Counted from the first letter of the stretch, positions 1 through 10,547 are shown. The stretch is DNA of 64,000 nucleotides from an uncultured virus (IMG/VR IMGVR_UViG_3300027917_000026) (IMGVR_UViG_3300027917_000026), one strand, 5' to 3'. Notes: generated by a model from the sequence alone, not told the origin. Numbers and translations are program-made.

Positions 1-109
1 TAGGAATCGAGTTATCAGAAAAATATTGTAAAATGATAAAGAGACGTGTTAAACCATATTATAAAAGACGAATAGCTAGTTTAGGATTAACATAAAAGGA
101 GATTTTTAG

Positions 110-310
110 ATGTTCACATTGGTTAAAGTGAAATGCAAAATGAATGACTGCATTCATTTCGAGACTATATCTGAATCATATGGAAGATGTGGAAGATCGG
201 AAATAAAAATAATATCATATGATGACTTTATTATTCTAAACCCATTACAACAACAAGCTGTATGTAGTGAATACTCAACGAAAGGATACCAAGATGAAGA
301 AGAATGGTAA
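110..310 (+). CDS. hypothetical protein (Cys-containing)
   Basis: 66 aa ORF with AAGGAG RBS upstream; overlaps next gene. Confidence 0.6.
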   Translation: MFTLVKVKCKMNDCIHFETISESYGRCGRSEIKIISYDDFIILNPLQQQAVCSEYSTKGYQDEEEW

Positions 311-482
311 AATTAACATTCGGCGGCTGATTAATTTGGATGAAAAAGATGGAGTAAAAAAATCAATTGACCGTATTACCAAACGGATTAGCTACTTGAA
401 ATCCAAGGCACACGCGGATCAGCCGGAATCAAGGCAAGTCAAATATCTACAATTCCATCTTAAAAAATTAAAGGCAATGTAA
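294..482 (+). CDS. hypothetical protein
   Basis: ORF 267..482; ATG at 294 after AAAGGA; stop overlaps dnaE start (TAATG). Confidence 0.55.
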   Translation: MKKNGKINIRRLINLDEKDGVKKSIDRITKRISYLKSKAHADQPESRQVKYLQFHLKKLKAM

Positions 483-3400
483 TGAAAAACAAAGATTTTG
501 TTCATCTCCATATACACACCGAATACAGCACACTTGATGGCTTCGGCAAACCCGATGACTACGTGAAACGTGCAAAGAAAATGGGTTTCAAATATTTGTC
601 TTGCACTGATCATGGATCGATTGACGGCCTAATTAAATTTCAAAAGTCATGTAGTCAACACGGTATTAAGCCTGTCATGGGTTGTGAGGCATATATAGTG
701 CCAAAGGTTTCAAAGGATCGAAAGAACGGTCATGTTTTACTACTTGTCAAAAATCAACGCGGCTTTAAAAATCTTTGCACTATGCTGTCATTTGCAAATA
801 CAGATGGCTTTTACTACAAGCCGCGTATTACAAGTGATATGCTTTTAAAGCACTGTCAGGGATTAATTGTCTCAACAGCTTGTGTTCAAAGTTTTATCTA
901 CAACAAAGATGGGATTGATCTTTGTCGCGCCTTGTATGATACCATTGGCAAAGATCTCTACTTTGAGGTCATGCCACACAAGGGTTTTCGGAAGCATAAT
1001 AAAAATGTCATTACGCTTGCAAAAGATTCTGGAAACAAAGTCATTGTAACAAATGACTGCCATTACATCTTACGCAATCAGTGGAAAGCCCAAGAAGTTT
1101 TGTTAGCAATTCAAAGGCGTGCAAAGTGGGATGATCCTGACAGGTTTCGCTTTAAAATAAAAGATCTACATTTAAGATCCGCAAATAAAATGGTTTCACC
1201 ACACCTTAAAAAATTACCACACTACAGCAAACATTGGCTAACCAACACCTTAGAGGTTGCCGAAAAGTGTAGTGATTTTCAGATCAAATCGAGATCCATT
1301 AACTTGCCAGAATTCCTACTGAATGAAACATTAAGCGCATATCAAACAAAAGAAGAAATGCTTTTTGAATTATGTCTTATGGGATTCTATGATAAATTTG
1401 GATATGAGATTTATAAAAATCAAGATTACTTCAATCGTTTCTGTATTGAGTTTGACTTAATCTCAAGTAAAGATTTTATACTTTACTTCCTTATTGTATG
1501 GGAATTGGTTACATGGTGCAAGCGCAATGGTATTCTTGTCGGGCCAGGTAGAGGTTCCGTGGGTGGCTGTCTTATCGCGTATCTATTAAATATACACGCC
1601 GTTGATCCAATTAAATTCGGCCTCATTTTTGACAGGTTTATTAATGAGGATCGAATTGACTACCCCGATATTGACATTGACTTTGAACATAGAAAACGGC
1701 ACCTTGTAAGGCAACACCTTGAAGATATTTGGGGTGAAAATAAAATTGCGGGTGTCAGCACATTCTCACGAATGAAGTCAAAAGCCATAATCCGAGACGT
1801 GTCAAGGGTTTTCAATATAAACCAACAAGAGGTTGACCGTGTAGCAAAACTAATAGACCCGCTTGTCGAAGATGGTATTGAGCAAGTTATTACCGAATAT
1901 GATGAGGGTATGCAATTCAAACAGGATCATCCACAAGTAGTCAAATTAGCAAAACAACTTGAGGGGCAAATCAAAGCAAAGAGTCAACATGCCGCCGCAT
2001 TGATAATCAGCAAGCAATCACTACATAGATCAGGCCGATGCAATTTGATTGAGCGAGACGGTATCACTATGATTAATTGGGAAGGTGATGATGCGGAATA
2101 CGTGGGTTTGATGAAGTTAGATGTATTGGCTTTGAACCTTTTGAGCATACTTGCCGAAACACATGGATTGGTAAAAGAAAATCACAATGTAGACATTGAC
2201 TTTGAAAAAATTCCATTGGATGATAAAGATGTTTTGCGCGAAATTAATGATGGAAATAATGTAGGACTTTTCCAATTGAATGCATGGGCAACAAATAATG
2301 TCATCAAAGAAATGGGTATTGATGCCTTCATGCACATACCCGCCGCCACAGCACTTGCACGACCCGGGCCTAGCAATTCTGGGATGACTGCCGATTATAT
2401 CAAGCGAAAGCATGAACTACATTGGGATCATAAGCATGAAGTATATGAGGATATTACTAAAGAAACATTTGGGGTTATAGTATATCAAGAACAAGTGATG
2501 GATGTTATTCATAGAATTGGTGGCTTGCCGTACAGTACGGCTGATAAGATTCGCAAAGTCATTGGCAAAAAACGTGATGCAAAAGAATTTGCTCCGTATA
2601 AAAAGGCATTTATCAATGGTTGCGAGAAGCAAGGATATTTTAGCCGTGATGAGGCTGAAGAATTTTGGCATGGATTACAAGAACACGCAAAATACTCCTT
2701 TAATAAAAGTCATGCAACCGCTTATGGAATGTTGGGGTATTGGTGCGGATGGCTGAAATATTACTACCCGACAGAATTCATTTGTGCATCATTGACCTAT
2801 GGTGCAAAAAACAAAAAGAATGAATTGGTCGAAGAGGCATACCGACTTGGATTATCATTAGTACTTCCGCGAGTGAATGGAAACACTAATCCTAATCAAT
2901 GGGTGGCAAAGGATAACAAACTATATATACCATTCACAGAAGTCAAAGGCATTGGCGAGAAACGTGCGCTTGACGCGAAGAAATTGACAAAGCAAAAGAT
3001 GTTGCCTACATTTTTTACCGATGGCGAGAAACCAAAGATGAGCAAATTCGAAGAAATGTTAGAATCGATTGGTGCTTTCCGAGAAACGGACAACATGAAA
3101 ATCAAACCACATATAAAAGACTACTTTGATTTTAGGGTATCGGTCAATCCACATGATGCATATCCGAATTTATTCAAGCTGTATGATAATAGTCTTCGCA
3201 TGAACATACTGGATCCGGCTTTACAGGGTGAATACAAAGCCATCAAATATCTGTCAAAAAGAAAAAAGATTCTTAAAAAAATAAAATTGAATGGTTGGCA
3301 AACATTTACGGGAAGTCTTTCCGAATGTCACGAATGTAAATTGCGTGATGAATGTACCGAACCTGTATTGCCGAGTGTAGGAAAATATAATATAATGTTT

Positions 3401-3865
3401 AATGGTGAAGCACCTGGCTTTGAGGAAGATCGTGAGGGAATCCCATTTTTTGATTCGGCAAGGGCGGGTAGTAAATTATGGTCGGCTGTTAAAAAAGCGG
3501 GTTATGATCGTAGTCAATTTTATGTAACGAATATGAACAAATGTTATCCATCAATATCCCGAACACCGCAAGTAAACGAAATAAAGGAATGTAGTTATTG
3601 GCTTAAAAAAGAAATTAAAAAAGTCAAGCCTATTGCCATTGTCGCATTTGGCAATGCAAACATGCAATTTTTTCATGGCAAAAAAAGTGGTATTATCAGC
3701 ATGTCAGGGAAGATCGAATGGTTTGATAAATATAACTGTTGGGTGATATGGTGTCTACACCCAGCCGCCGTTTTGCACAACCCCGAAAATGCCGCATATT
3801 TCAATGCTGGCACGAAGTCAATGTTTCGTTTCTTTCGCGCAATAGGTATTAAAAGAATGGTATAA
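482..3865 (+). CDS. dnaE: DNA polymerase III alpha subunit fused to C-terminal family-4 uracil-DNA glycosylase
   Basis: PHP motifs HLHIHTEYS, TDHG, NDCHY; GPGRGS; catalytic PDIDID and KLD; FNKSH; HhH KGIG; C-terminus has CHECKLRDEC, GEAPG, KCYP and HPAA typical of Fe-S family-4 UDG. Confidence 0.95.
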   Translation: MKNKDFVHLHIHTEYSTLDGFGKPDDYVKRAKKMGFKYLSCTDHGSIDGLIKFQKSCSQHGIKPVMGCEAYIVPKVSKDRKNGHVLLLVKNQRGFKNLCTMLSFANTDGFYYKPRITSDMLLKHCQGLIVSTACVQSFIYNKDGIDLCRALYDTIGKDLYFEVMPHKGFRKHNKNVITLAKDSGNKVIVTNDCHYILRNQWKAQEVLLAIQRRAKWDDPDRFRFKIKDLHLRSANKMVSPHLKKLPHYSKHWLTNTLEVAEKCSDFQIKSRSINLPEFLLNETLSAYQTKEEMLFELCLMGFYDKFGYEIYKNQDYFNRFCIEFDLISSKDFILYFLIVWELVTWCKRNGILVGPGRGSVGGCLIAYLLNIHAVDPIKFGLIFDRFINEDRIDYPDIDIDFEHRKRHLVRQHLEDIWGENKIAGVSTFSRMKSKAIIRDVSRVFNINQQEVDRVAKLIDPLVEDGIEQVITEYDEGMQFKQDHPQVVKLAKQLEGQIKAKSQHAAALIISKQSLHRSGRCNLIERDGITMINWEGDDAEYVGLMKLDVLALNLLSILAETHGLVKENHNVDIDFEKIPLDDKDVLREINDGNNVGLFQLNAWATNNVIKEMGIDAFMHIPAATALARPGPSNSGMTADYIKRKHELHWDHKHEVYEDITKETFGVIVYQEQVMDVIHRIGGLPYSTADKIRKVIGKKRDAKEFAPYKKAFINGCEKQGYFSRDEAEEFWHGLQEHAKYSFNKSHATAYGMLGYWCGWLKYYYPTEFICASLTYGAKNKKNELVEEAYRLGLSLVLPRVNGNTNPNQWVAKDNKLYIPFTEVKGIGEKRALDAKKLTKQKMLPTFFTDGEKPKMSKFEEMLESIGAFRETDNMKIKPHIKDYFDFRVSVNPHDAYPNLFKLYDNSLRMNILDPALQGEYKAIKYLSKRKKILKKIKLNGWQTFTGSLSECHECKLRDECTEPVLPSVGKYNIMFNGEAPGFEEDREGIPFFDSARAGSKLWSAVKKAGYDRSQFYVTNMNKCYPSISRTPQVNEIKECSYWLKKEIKKVKPIAIVAFGNANMQFFHGKKSGIISMSGKIEWFDKYNCWVIWCLHPAAVLHNPENAAYFNAGTKSMFRFFRAIGIKRMV

Positions 3866-3904
3866 TAATATAAGTAAATAACTAGGAAATGGGGGGGTGA
3901 TAAA

Positions 3905-4075
3905 TTGGATGGGTTATTAAAATTTCTTTACTACATTTTATTCGCCATACTTGCTATCTTTTTTGCATATGCGGTTATTCGTGCAATTGCCTATGCGATT
4001 TTTAAATCATATTATCAAGCGAAACATGAAAACAATATCACACAAAAGGAGGAATCCAATGGCTCGAAAACTTAA
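3905..4075 (+). CDS. small membrane protein (not in ORF track)
   Basis: TTG start after GGGGGTGA; 56 aa MDGLLKFLYYILFAILAIFFAYAVIRAIAYAIF... with one hydrophobic helix. Confidence 0.5.
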   Translation: MDGLLKFLYYILFAILAIFFAYAVIRAIAYAIFKSYYQAKHENNITQKEESNGSKT

Positions 4076-5357
4076 AGGCAGAAAAAGTAGTAAATCTGGT
4101 CGTGACAAAAGAAAACAACAATCATCAGCACTTGAACGAAGGATTAAAAGAGGTCAGCAACGAACTCAATTGTATCCGTCAATCATTAAACAACCTGATC
4201 GCTACACTTTATGGCGGCCGGGTGATGGTCAGCATATTATTGATATACTACCATACAACGCTGGCAAATACGATATCACTGTAGACAAAAAGGGTGATGA
4301 GACTTACACCTTTGAGGCATGGATTCACCGCAATGTAGGAACTGCCGAATCAATGGTTATTTGCCCATTAGAAACTTTTAAAAAGCCTTGCCCGATTTGT
4401 GAACATCGACAATATCTACGTGAAAATGATGCCGAAAAAGATGTTTGGAAAAAGCTTTTTCCAAAACGGCGAAACCTGTATAATATTATTTGCTACGATT
4501 CTGGCCAAGAGGAAAAAGGCGTACAAATTTGGGAAGTGCCATACTTCTATTCGGAACAGAATATACTTGCAATTGCGGAAGAGGCTGAACGCGGTGGTGG
4601 TGTTACTACTATCAGATTCCCATCTGCAAGAAATGGCAAGTCAATATCATTCAAAATTGTACCCGCACAATCAAAGAATGACTACGCATCTTATGAGGGT
4701 TTCAAATTTCTTGATCGAGATTATCGTATTAAAAAAAGTTTGCTCAAACAATGCGCAATTCTTGATACCATTGTCAAACGTTATGACTACGATGAATTGT
4801 CACAAATGTTTTATAGTGGTAAAACAAAAGAAGAAAAAATGGAAGATGACATTGGCAAAGAACCTTCGGCAAAGCACCGTGAACGCGAACCTCTCGATGA
4901 CAAAGCCGATGTTGATGTTGAAGATATGATGGATGAACTGGATGAGTGTGAAGATCTTGACGATCTTGAAGAGTTTGCCGAAAATTATGGTTTCGATATT
5001 ACCATAAAAAAGAAGTCAAAGTTTAAAACGATCAAACGGAAATTGGAACGCATGGTCATGGAATTAAAAAAGGATGAAGATGAGGATGAGGATGAAGATG
5101 AGGATCTCGATGATGACTACGATGATGACACGGATGATGATGAGGATTCAGACGATGACGATGATGAGGATGAAGATGATGATGACGATGAAGACGATGA
5201 TGAATCTGAATATGCCTATGGTGATCTTTTGGAAATGAAACGCAAAGAATTGCGCAAAGTCATTAAAGATGAGGATCTTGATGTAGATATGGATGACTAT
5301 GACAACCTTGAGGAACTGGTTGAAGCAATTGCAAGTGAGCTAGACATTCCATTTTAG
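4059..5357 (+). CDS. single-stranded DNA-binding protein, T4 gp32-like, with long acidic tail ending DIPF
   Basis: AAGGAGG RBS before ATG 4059; H...CP...CPIC Zn motif; long Asp/Glu run; C-terminal DIPF; lies between dnaE and recA. Confidence 0.8.
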   Translation: MARKLKGRKSSKSGRDKRKQQSSALERRIKRGQQRTQLYPSIIKQPDRYTLWRPGDGQHIIDILPYNAGKYDITVDKKGDETYTFEAWIHRNVGTAESMVICPLETFKKPCPICEHRQYLRENDAEKDVWKKLFPKRRNLYNIICYDSGQEEKGVQIWEVPYFYSEQNILAIAEEAERGGGVTTIRFPSARNGKSISFKIVPAQSKNDYASYEGFKFLDRDYRIKKSLLKQCAILDTIVKRYDYDELSQMFYSGKTKEEKMEDDIGKEPSAKHREREPLDDKADVDVEDMMDELDECEDLDDLEEFAENYGFDITIKKKSKFKTIKRKLERMVMELKKDEDEDEDEDEDLDDDYDDDTDDDEDSDDDDDEDEDDDDDEDDDESEYAYGDLLEMKRKELRKVIKDEDLDVDMDDYDNLEELVEAIASELDIPF

Positions 5358-5365
5358 GGGGTGGC

Positions 5366-5608
5366 ATGAAACCTGTTGACGGAATAAATGTAGTAATTAC
5401 ATTTGGTCATTATGAATCGTATAATGACCAAACCATCTTGGTGTCTGACTATATCTACGAAAATGAGGTAATGGCAAGCATTAAAAATGACATACCAAAA
5501 CACTTGCTGAAATATAAAGGTGAGGTATTGAGACAAGTAGGAAAAGCATTTTTAAGATTCATAGTTGACTACCAAACAAAAGTAAAGGAATCACTGACCA
5601 ATGGCTAA
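5366..5608 (+). CDS. hypothetical protein
   Basis: 80 aa ORF tightly packed in the operon. Confidence 0.6.
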   Translation: MKPVDGINVVITFGHYESYNDQTILVSDYIYENEVMASIKNDIPKHLLKYKGEVLRQVGKAFLRFIVDYQTKVKESLTNG

Positions 5609-5864
5609 TAACAGTGACATTGAAACGTATTACAGGAAGCAAGCCAAGGATCTGACGAACCTCTTGTTTGACAAGGGTTTCCTACAACCGATGTTGACTA
5701 GGGAATCGGTTGATTGGTTAGAAGATTATCTTGCGTTTGTCATTCAGTCTCAATGTAAATCGGCTGTCAAGGCGGCATTGCTTACAGCTAAAATAAAAAC
5801 ACATGCAGTAAGACTTAGAGGAGATGAGGATGCCAAAAAAATTGAGACGCAAGAAAAAACGTAA
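5601..5864 (+). CDS. hypothetical protein
   Basis: 87 aa ORF with overlapping neighbours. Confidence 0.6.
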   Translation: MANNSDIETYYRKQAKDLTNLLFDKGFLQPMLTRESVDWLEDYLAFVIQSQCKSAVKAALLTAKIKTHAVRLRGDEDAKKIETQEKT

Positions 5865-6918
5865 GATCAAACGTAGGAAATCCAAACCCGAATCATCCGC
5901 ACCTGTCGATTTTATATCTTCAGGATCAACCGTATTGAATTGTGCATTAAGCGGCAGAAGTAAAGGTGGTGGCTGGGCACGCGGAAGAGTTTTAAATATT
6001 GCGGGTGATAAAAGCGCGGGTAAAACCGTATTGGCACTTGAGGCGTGCTTTTCCTTTTTTAAGAACATCAAAAAAATAACTTCCCGCATTTTTCCGAAAG
6101 TCAAAAAATTTGATATTGTCTACAACAATTCAGAGGGTGTCATGGACTTTGATTTGAAGGCAATGTATGGAAAGAAATTTGTCAAGAAAATTGAAATGGT
6201 CAGATCCAAAACAGTTGAACACTTTGGGCGCGATTATGCGAGACGTGTAGACAAACTTGAAAAAGGTCATGCCTTATTGTATGTTGTTGACACACTTGAC
6301 TTCTTGAAATCAAGGGCGGCATTGGAAAGGTTTGATGTTTCGGTTGCGGATGACGATGAAATGGCGGGTTCCTACGATGCCGAGAAACAAAAATACTTAT
6401 CTACATTCTTTGCCAAGGTCAGTGAATACCTAGATAAAAATGAAAAAGATGCAACACTAATTATAGTAAGTCAAATCAGAGCAAAAATTGGTGCGAAATT
6501 CGGCAAGAAGACAATGCGCACTGGCGGCAAAGCCTTTGATCATGCGATTCACCAAGAAGTATGGATTCGTGAGGCTGAAAAATTAAGGATGACTAGAAAA
6601 GGCACGCAAGGTGTCTATGGAATTCGCACCGCATGTAGGATTGAAAAAAATAAATGTGCAAAGCCATATCGTGAGGCTGAATTTATAATCCTGTATGACT
6701 ACGGTATTGATAATCTGTCATCGATGATTAAATGGCTATACGGTAATAAACAAATAAAATTTGATGGCAAGACATTCAAAACAAAGAAGACATTCATCAA
6801 ATTTATAGAGGAAAATAATTATGAGAGGCTACTTGAAAAACAGGTCGAAATCAGGTGGGCGGAAATTGAAGAAGCGTTCTTCAATGAAGTTGAATACCGT
6901 AAAAAAAGATGGGAGTAA
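5824..6918 (+). CDS. recA: RecA/UvsX-like recombinase
   Basis: FISSGSTVLNCALSG, Walker A GDKSAGKT, Walker B YVVDT, SQIR, TGGKA, KNKCAKP. Confidence 0.9.
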   Translation: MRMPKKLRRKKKRKIKRRKSKPESSAPVDFISSGSTVLNCALSGRSKGGGWARGRVLNIAGDKSAGKTVLALEACFSFFKNIKKITSRIFPKVKKFDIVYNNSEGVMDFDLKAMYGKKFVKKIEMVRSKTVEHFGRDYARRVDKLEKGHALLYVVDTLDFLKSRAALERFDVSVADDDEMAGSYDAEKQKYLSTFFAKVSEYLDKNEKDATLIIVSQIRAKIGAKFGKKTMRTGGKAFDHAIHQEVWIREAEKLRMTRKGTQGVYGIRTACRIEKNKCAKPYREAEFIILYDYGIDNLSSMIKWLYGNKQIKFDGKTFKTKKTFIKFIEENNYERLLEKQVEIRWAEIEEAFFNEVEYRKKRWE

Positions 6919-7798
6919 ACCATATCTAATTTTTGATGCAACCGCAATTGCCTATGCCGCATTTTACTCCACAGGATCGTTGACATACAGGGGTAAACAA
7001 ACCGGCGTCATTTATGGCTTTGTACGAAGGCTTATGAACATTGGATATAAGTACAAAACTGACAAAATGATCTTTTGCTGGGATGCTGGAAAGTCTTACA
7101 GGCATAATCACTACCCGCAATATAAAAGAAACCGCGAAAAGAAAAAAATTGAATTCTCACCCGCCGAAAAAAAACTACATGATGGATTATTATTCCAAAG
7201 CTTACAACTAAACCACGAAATACTACCACGCATGGGATTGCGCAATTCTTTTTGCGTGTTGGATTATGAAGCAGATGATCTGGTTGCCTATTTTGTGAAT
7301 AAATTAAATGGTAGTAAAATAATAGTGGGTGACGATTCAGATCTTTACCAATTACTTGACCGAAGCGATATGCATTTGTTGAAGAAAAACAAAAGGGTAA
7401 ATAAAAAATGGTTCAAGAAAAAATTTGGTATTCATCCCGACCAATGGGTTGAAGCAAAAGCAATTGGCGGATGCGCGATTGATAATATAATAGGTATTCA
7501 AGGGGTGGCTGACCCTAAAAGCCCAAGTAGCAAAGCTTTGAAATATATTCGCGGTGAATTAAATGCTGGCAAAATATATGATCGAATTACTTCAAAAGAG
7601 GGGCAACAAATTATTACCCGTAATCGTCCAATTGTTACAGTTCCATATTTGCCAGACCTTATCCCACGCCTAATGTATCGTAGACATAAGGTGACTCGAA
7701 ACAAATTACTACGTGAATTTGATCGATGGCATTTTGTTTCAATGCTTGAGGATGATAACTTCAAAAAATGGCAAAGGATCTTTTTACATGGCACCTAA
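6884..7798 (+). CDS. 5'-3' exonuclease / flap endonuclease (T4 RNase H / PolA N-terminal-like)
   Basis: LIFDA, YKRNR, YEADD, DSDLYQL, DNIIGIQGV motifs; start uncertain (6821 or 6884). Confidence 0.88.
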   Translation: MKLNTVKKDGSKPYLIFDATAIAYAAFYSTGSLTYRGKQTGVIYGFVRRLMNIGYKYKTDKMIFCWDAGKSYRHNHYPQYKRNREKKKIEFSPAEKKLHDGLLFQSLQLNHEILPRMGLRNSFCVLDYEADDLVAYFVNKLNGSKIIVGDDSDLYQLLDRSDMHLLKKNKRVNKKWFKKKFGIHPDQWVEAKAIGGCAIDNIIGIQGVADPKSPSSKALKYIRGELNAGKIYDRITSKEGQQIITRNRPIVTVPYLPDLIPRLMYRRHKVTRNKLLREFDRWHFVSMLEDDNFKKWQRIFLHGT

Positions 7799-8042
7799 AA
7801 AAATGAATACAGCATCTTTTTGGCAAAGGTTATTGGTTCCCTTATTTACCTTCGTTTGGTGGCGGCGGCTGTCAGTGCCGCACCCGCATTTCCCTGACCA
7901 GTTGAGGCGAGATCATGTAGTATATGTCAAGGGGTGGCGAACCGCATTGATTGATGAAATTGGTTGCGGTAGGAAAACTGTCACATTTCTTTTTCGTTGG
8001 GAGCATGATATGGCAAGTTGGGATGGTGACGGCAGAAGATGA
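7788..8042 (+). CDS. hypothetical protein
   Basis: ATG at 7788 within ORF 7713..8042; ATGA overlap with next gene. Confidence 0.5.
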   Translation: MAPKKMNTASFWQRLLVPLFTFVWWRRLSVPHPHFPDQLRRDHVVYVKGWRTALIDEIGCGRKTVTFLFRWEHDMASWDGDGRR

Positions 8043-8980
8043 TAAATAAGTTAACCATAATAAATTTTCAAAGTCATCGGAAAACAGTACTTCGGCTATG
8101 CCATGGCATTAACGGCATTATAGGAAGATCTAACCGTGGTAAGTCAGCCATATTCCGCGCCATCGAATTAGTCAGAAGTAATCGACCATCGGGCTTTGCA
8201 TATCATAACAATCTTGTAAAAGATCATTATACAAAAGTTTATATCAAAAATCAGAATGAAGATATTCGGTTTATAAAAACAAAGTCGAAAGCTGAATATG
8301 TTATTCATCGAAAAGAAACCTTTTCCAAATTTGGTAGGCAAGTGCCTGACCGTATTACAGACGCATTAAACCTTGACGATATCAATTTTAGTAGCCAATT
8401 GGGATTGCCATATTTAATTACTTCGCCACCGAGCGAGATTGCAAGGGTTATCAACCAAGTGACCAAAGCAGAAGACATTGAAAAATGTATCGGCCTTGCA
8501 AAGACCCGCGCTAATAATTATAAGTTGAAAAAACAAAAGCTACTTGCCGAAATTGACAGTATTAAGAAACGGCTGAAACGGTTTAGACCAATGGCTAAAC
8601 TTAAAAAACTTATCAGAAAAGCTGAAGTCATTGAACGCAAGATTCAAAAAGATGGAGACAAAATCCAAGAGATTGAAAAAATTGTCAGCTTTATGAAAAC
8701 AGCCGAGAATGCTCTAATTGCCGAAGATCAAATATTAAAACCCGCCGAATTATTGAGCAAGGCAGAATCACTACAATTTGAAATTGATAGCACCTATGCC
8801 ACAATTGCACTTGTCGAACAAGCTATCAGTATGCGCGAACAAATAGAGGTAGCAAAGAATGAAAAAAAATCACTTATCAAAAAATACACAAATGAATTGA
8901 AACGACAGAAGGTATGCCCGACCTGTTTAAGCCATATTACCAACAAACAACTACAACACATAAGGAATGAATTGAAATGA
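8039..8980 (+). CDS. Rad50/SbcC-like ATPase, N-terminal half (Walker A, coiled coil, zinc hook)
   Basis: INFQSH, Walker A GRSNRGKS, Q-loop SSQ, coiled coil ending in CPTC; no signature or Walker B in this ORF. Confidence 0.88.
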   Translation: MINKLTIINFQSHRKTVLRLCHGINGIIGRSNRGKSAIFRAIELVRSNRPSGFAYHNNLVKDHYTKVYIKNQNEDIRFIKTKSKAEYVIHRKETFSKFGRQVPDRITDALNLDDINFSSQLGLPYLITSPPSEIARVINQVTKAEDIEKCIGLAKTRANNYKLKKQKLLAEIDSIKKRLKRFRPMAKLKKLIRKAEVIERKIQKDGDKIQEIEKIVSFMKTAENALIAEDQILKPAELLSKAESLQFEIDSTYATIALVEQAISMREQIEVAKNEKKSLIKKYTNELKRQKVCPTCLSHITNKQLQHIRNELK

Positions 8981-9180
8981 TCGAAAATGATAAGATAATA
9001 AAATTCTTAAAAGGTCTGAAACATCTTGAAGATGTTGCAAGTGTCACCGAGATCATGGCTGAATCATTCAAAGAAAATACAGGGGTAGCAATTCGTTTGA
9101 TAAATTGCGAATGGATCAATCATTATTCTGATGGAACGATGGATAAAAAATTAACTCACATAAAATTTGATATGGAATGA
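8977..9180 (+). CDS. hypothetical protein
   Basis: 67 aa; ATGA overlaps on both sides. Confidence 0.6.
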   Translation: MIENDKIIKFLKGLKHLEDVASVTEIMAESFKENTGVAIRLINCEWINHYSDGTMDKKLTHIKFDME

Positions 9181-9407
9181 AGATAACACCAAACATAACA
9201 ACGTCACAGTTTCAGCACATTACTACAACCACTTTGCCGCATGGTGGTATTAGGAAAACCACGAAACCAAAAGCATTGGAATTTGACTACCCTTTTAAAA
9301 AGCTTCTCAAGTGGTTAAGGCCGCGCATTGGTGGTTTTATTTTTCTGATAATTGTCGCATTATTTCTTTGGGCAACATGGCATATAGCGGAGGATTTTAA
9401 ATTTTGA
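9177..9407 (+). CDS. small membrane protein
   Basis: C-terminal hydrophobic helix IGGFIFLIIVALFLW. Confidence 0.6.
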   Translation: MKITPNITTSQFQHITTTTLPHGGIRKTTKPKALEFDYPFKKLLKWLRPRIGGFIFLIIVALFLWATWHIAEDFKF

Positions 9408-10309
9408 AAATAATTTTATTAAGTGATGTTCACCTAACAAGTCAAAACCCGATAGGTAGGCAAGATGATCTCACAGTTGCACAATGGAATAAATTAAGAT
9501 CCGTATTATCATATGCAAAAAAGCATGATGCCATTGTAGTACAAGCGGGTGACTTTTTTAATAAAGCGCGAGATTGGAATGTATTATATAAAATGATTGA
9601 ATTGCTACGAAAATTTAGCGTGCCTGTTTGTTCAGTTTGGGGGCAACATGACCAATATTTCAGATCTAGTACTGCCAATAATGCAACAACCATGGGGGTT
9701 CTCTCCGAGTTGGGGTTGATAACATTACTACATTCATGGGGTTCTGTCAGCTATGGTGAGGTTGATATTTGGGGTTGTCATTGGGGTGAGAAATTGCCTA
9801 CATTTGAAATTGATCGAGATAAAAAAAACATGCTTGTGATCCATGCGCCAATATCGCCAGAAAAACTCTTCCCGAAACACTTGATAATCAAGCCTAAAAA
9901 AATGCTGAAACGGTATAGGCAATTTGATATGATCCTTTGCGGTGACGTGCATCGACATTTCAAATATGAAATTGATGGTAGATATTTAGTTAACACCGGC
10001 CCAATGTTGCGCATGGAAGCAACAGAATACAATTTTAATCACACACCTTGCTTTTTTGTCTATGATGGCGAAAATGTCAAAGAGGTAGTCATCACTCACA
10101 AACCCGCCGATGAGGTATTGACTAGGACACACCTTGACGTTGAACAGATCACAATCAATGAAGAGAAACTTGATATACTCGCGGATGCAGTTGAACAACG
10201 CTTCGGCAAAGTCAGTAAAATCAACATTCCAAAGCTTATTGAAAAACATCGATTCGGCAAACGAATGAGAAAAGTAATTTCGGAGATTTATAAAGATGCC
10301 ACAGAATGA
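9404..10309 (+). CDS. Mre11/SbcD-like metallophosphoesterase nuclease
   Basis: SDVH, AGDFF, GQHD, GDVH, NTGP motifs; lies between the two SbcC halves. Confidence 0.9.
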   Translation: MKIILLSDVHLTSQNPIGRQDDLTVAQWNKLRSVLSYAKKHDAIVVQAGDFFNKARDWNVLYKMIELLRKFSVPVCSVWGQHDQYFRSSTANNATTMGVLSELGLITLLHSWGSVSYGEVDIWGCHWGEKLPTFEIDRDKKNMLVIHAPISPEKLFPKHLIIKPKKMLKRYRQFDMILCGDVHRHFKYEIDGRYLVNTGPMLRMEATEYNFNHTPCFFVYDGENVKEVVITHKPADEVLTRTHLDVEQITINEEKLDILADAVEQRFGKVSKINIPKLIEKHRFGKRMRKVISEIYKDATE

Positions 10310-10547
10310 TATACGAACATTAAAAAGAAAACTTGATGCTATCTTCACCAATATCAAGATTTATCAGCATGACTTGAAACGATATGAGAAAACACTTGAA
10401 GAAAAATATAGTATTACTGATGTTGACGATGCTGAAAAATTGATCGATAATTTAGAAGCAAAGAATCGAAAACGGCGCAAACAGCAACAAGCCATTTTAG
10501 CCAATGCCGCTAAACTCATAAGGAAGATAAAGATTTCCGATGATTGA
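10296..10547 (+). CDS. small coiled-coil protein
   Basis: 83 aa charged helical ORF within the SbcCD cluster. Confidence 0.6.
   Translation: MPQNDIRTLKRKLDAIFTNIKIYQHDLKRYEKTLEEKYSITDVDDAEKLIDNLEAKNRKRRKQQQAILANAAKLIRKIKISDD

Noticed and set aside
5070..5210. GAT/GAC/GAG repeat as a DNA repeat element
   Set aside because: It encodes the acidic tract of the SSB with mixed codons.
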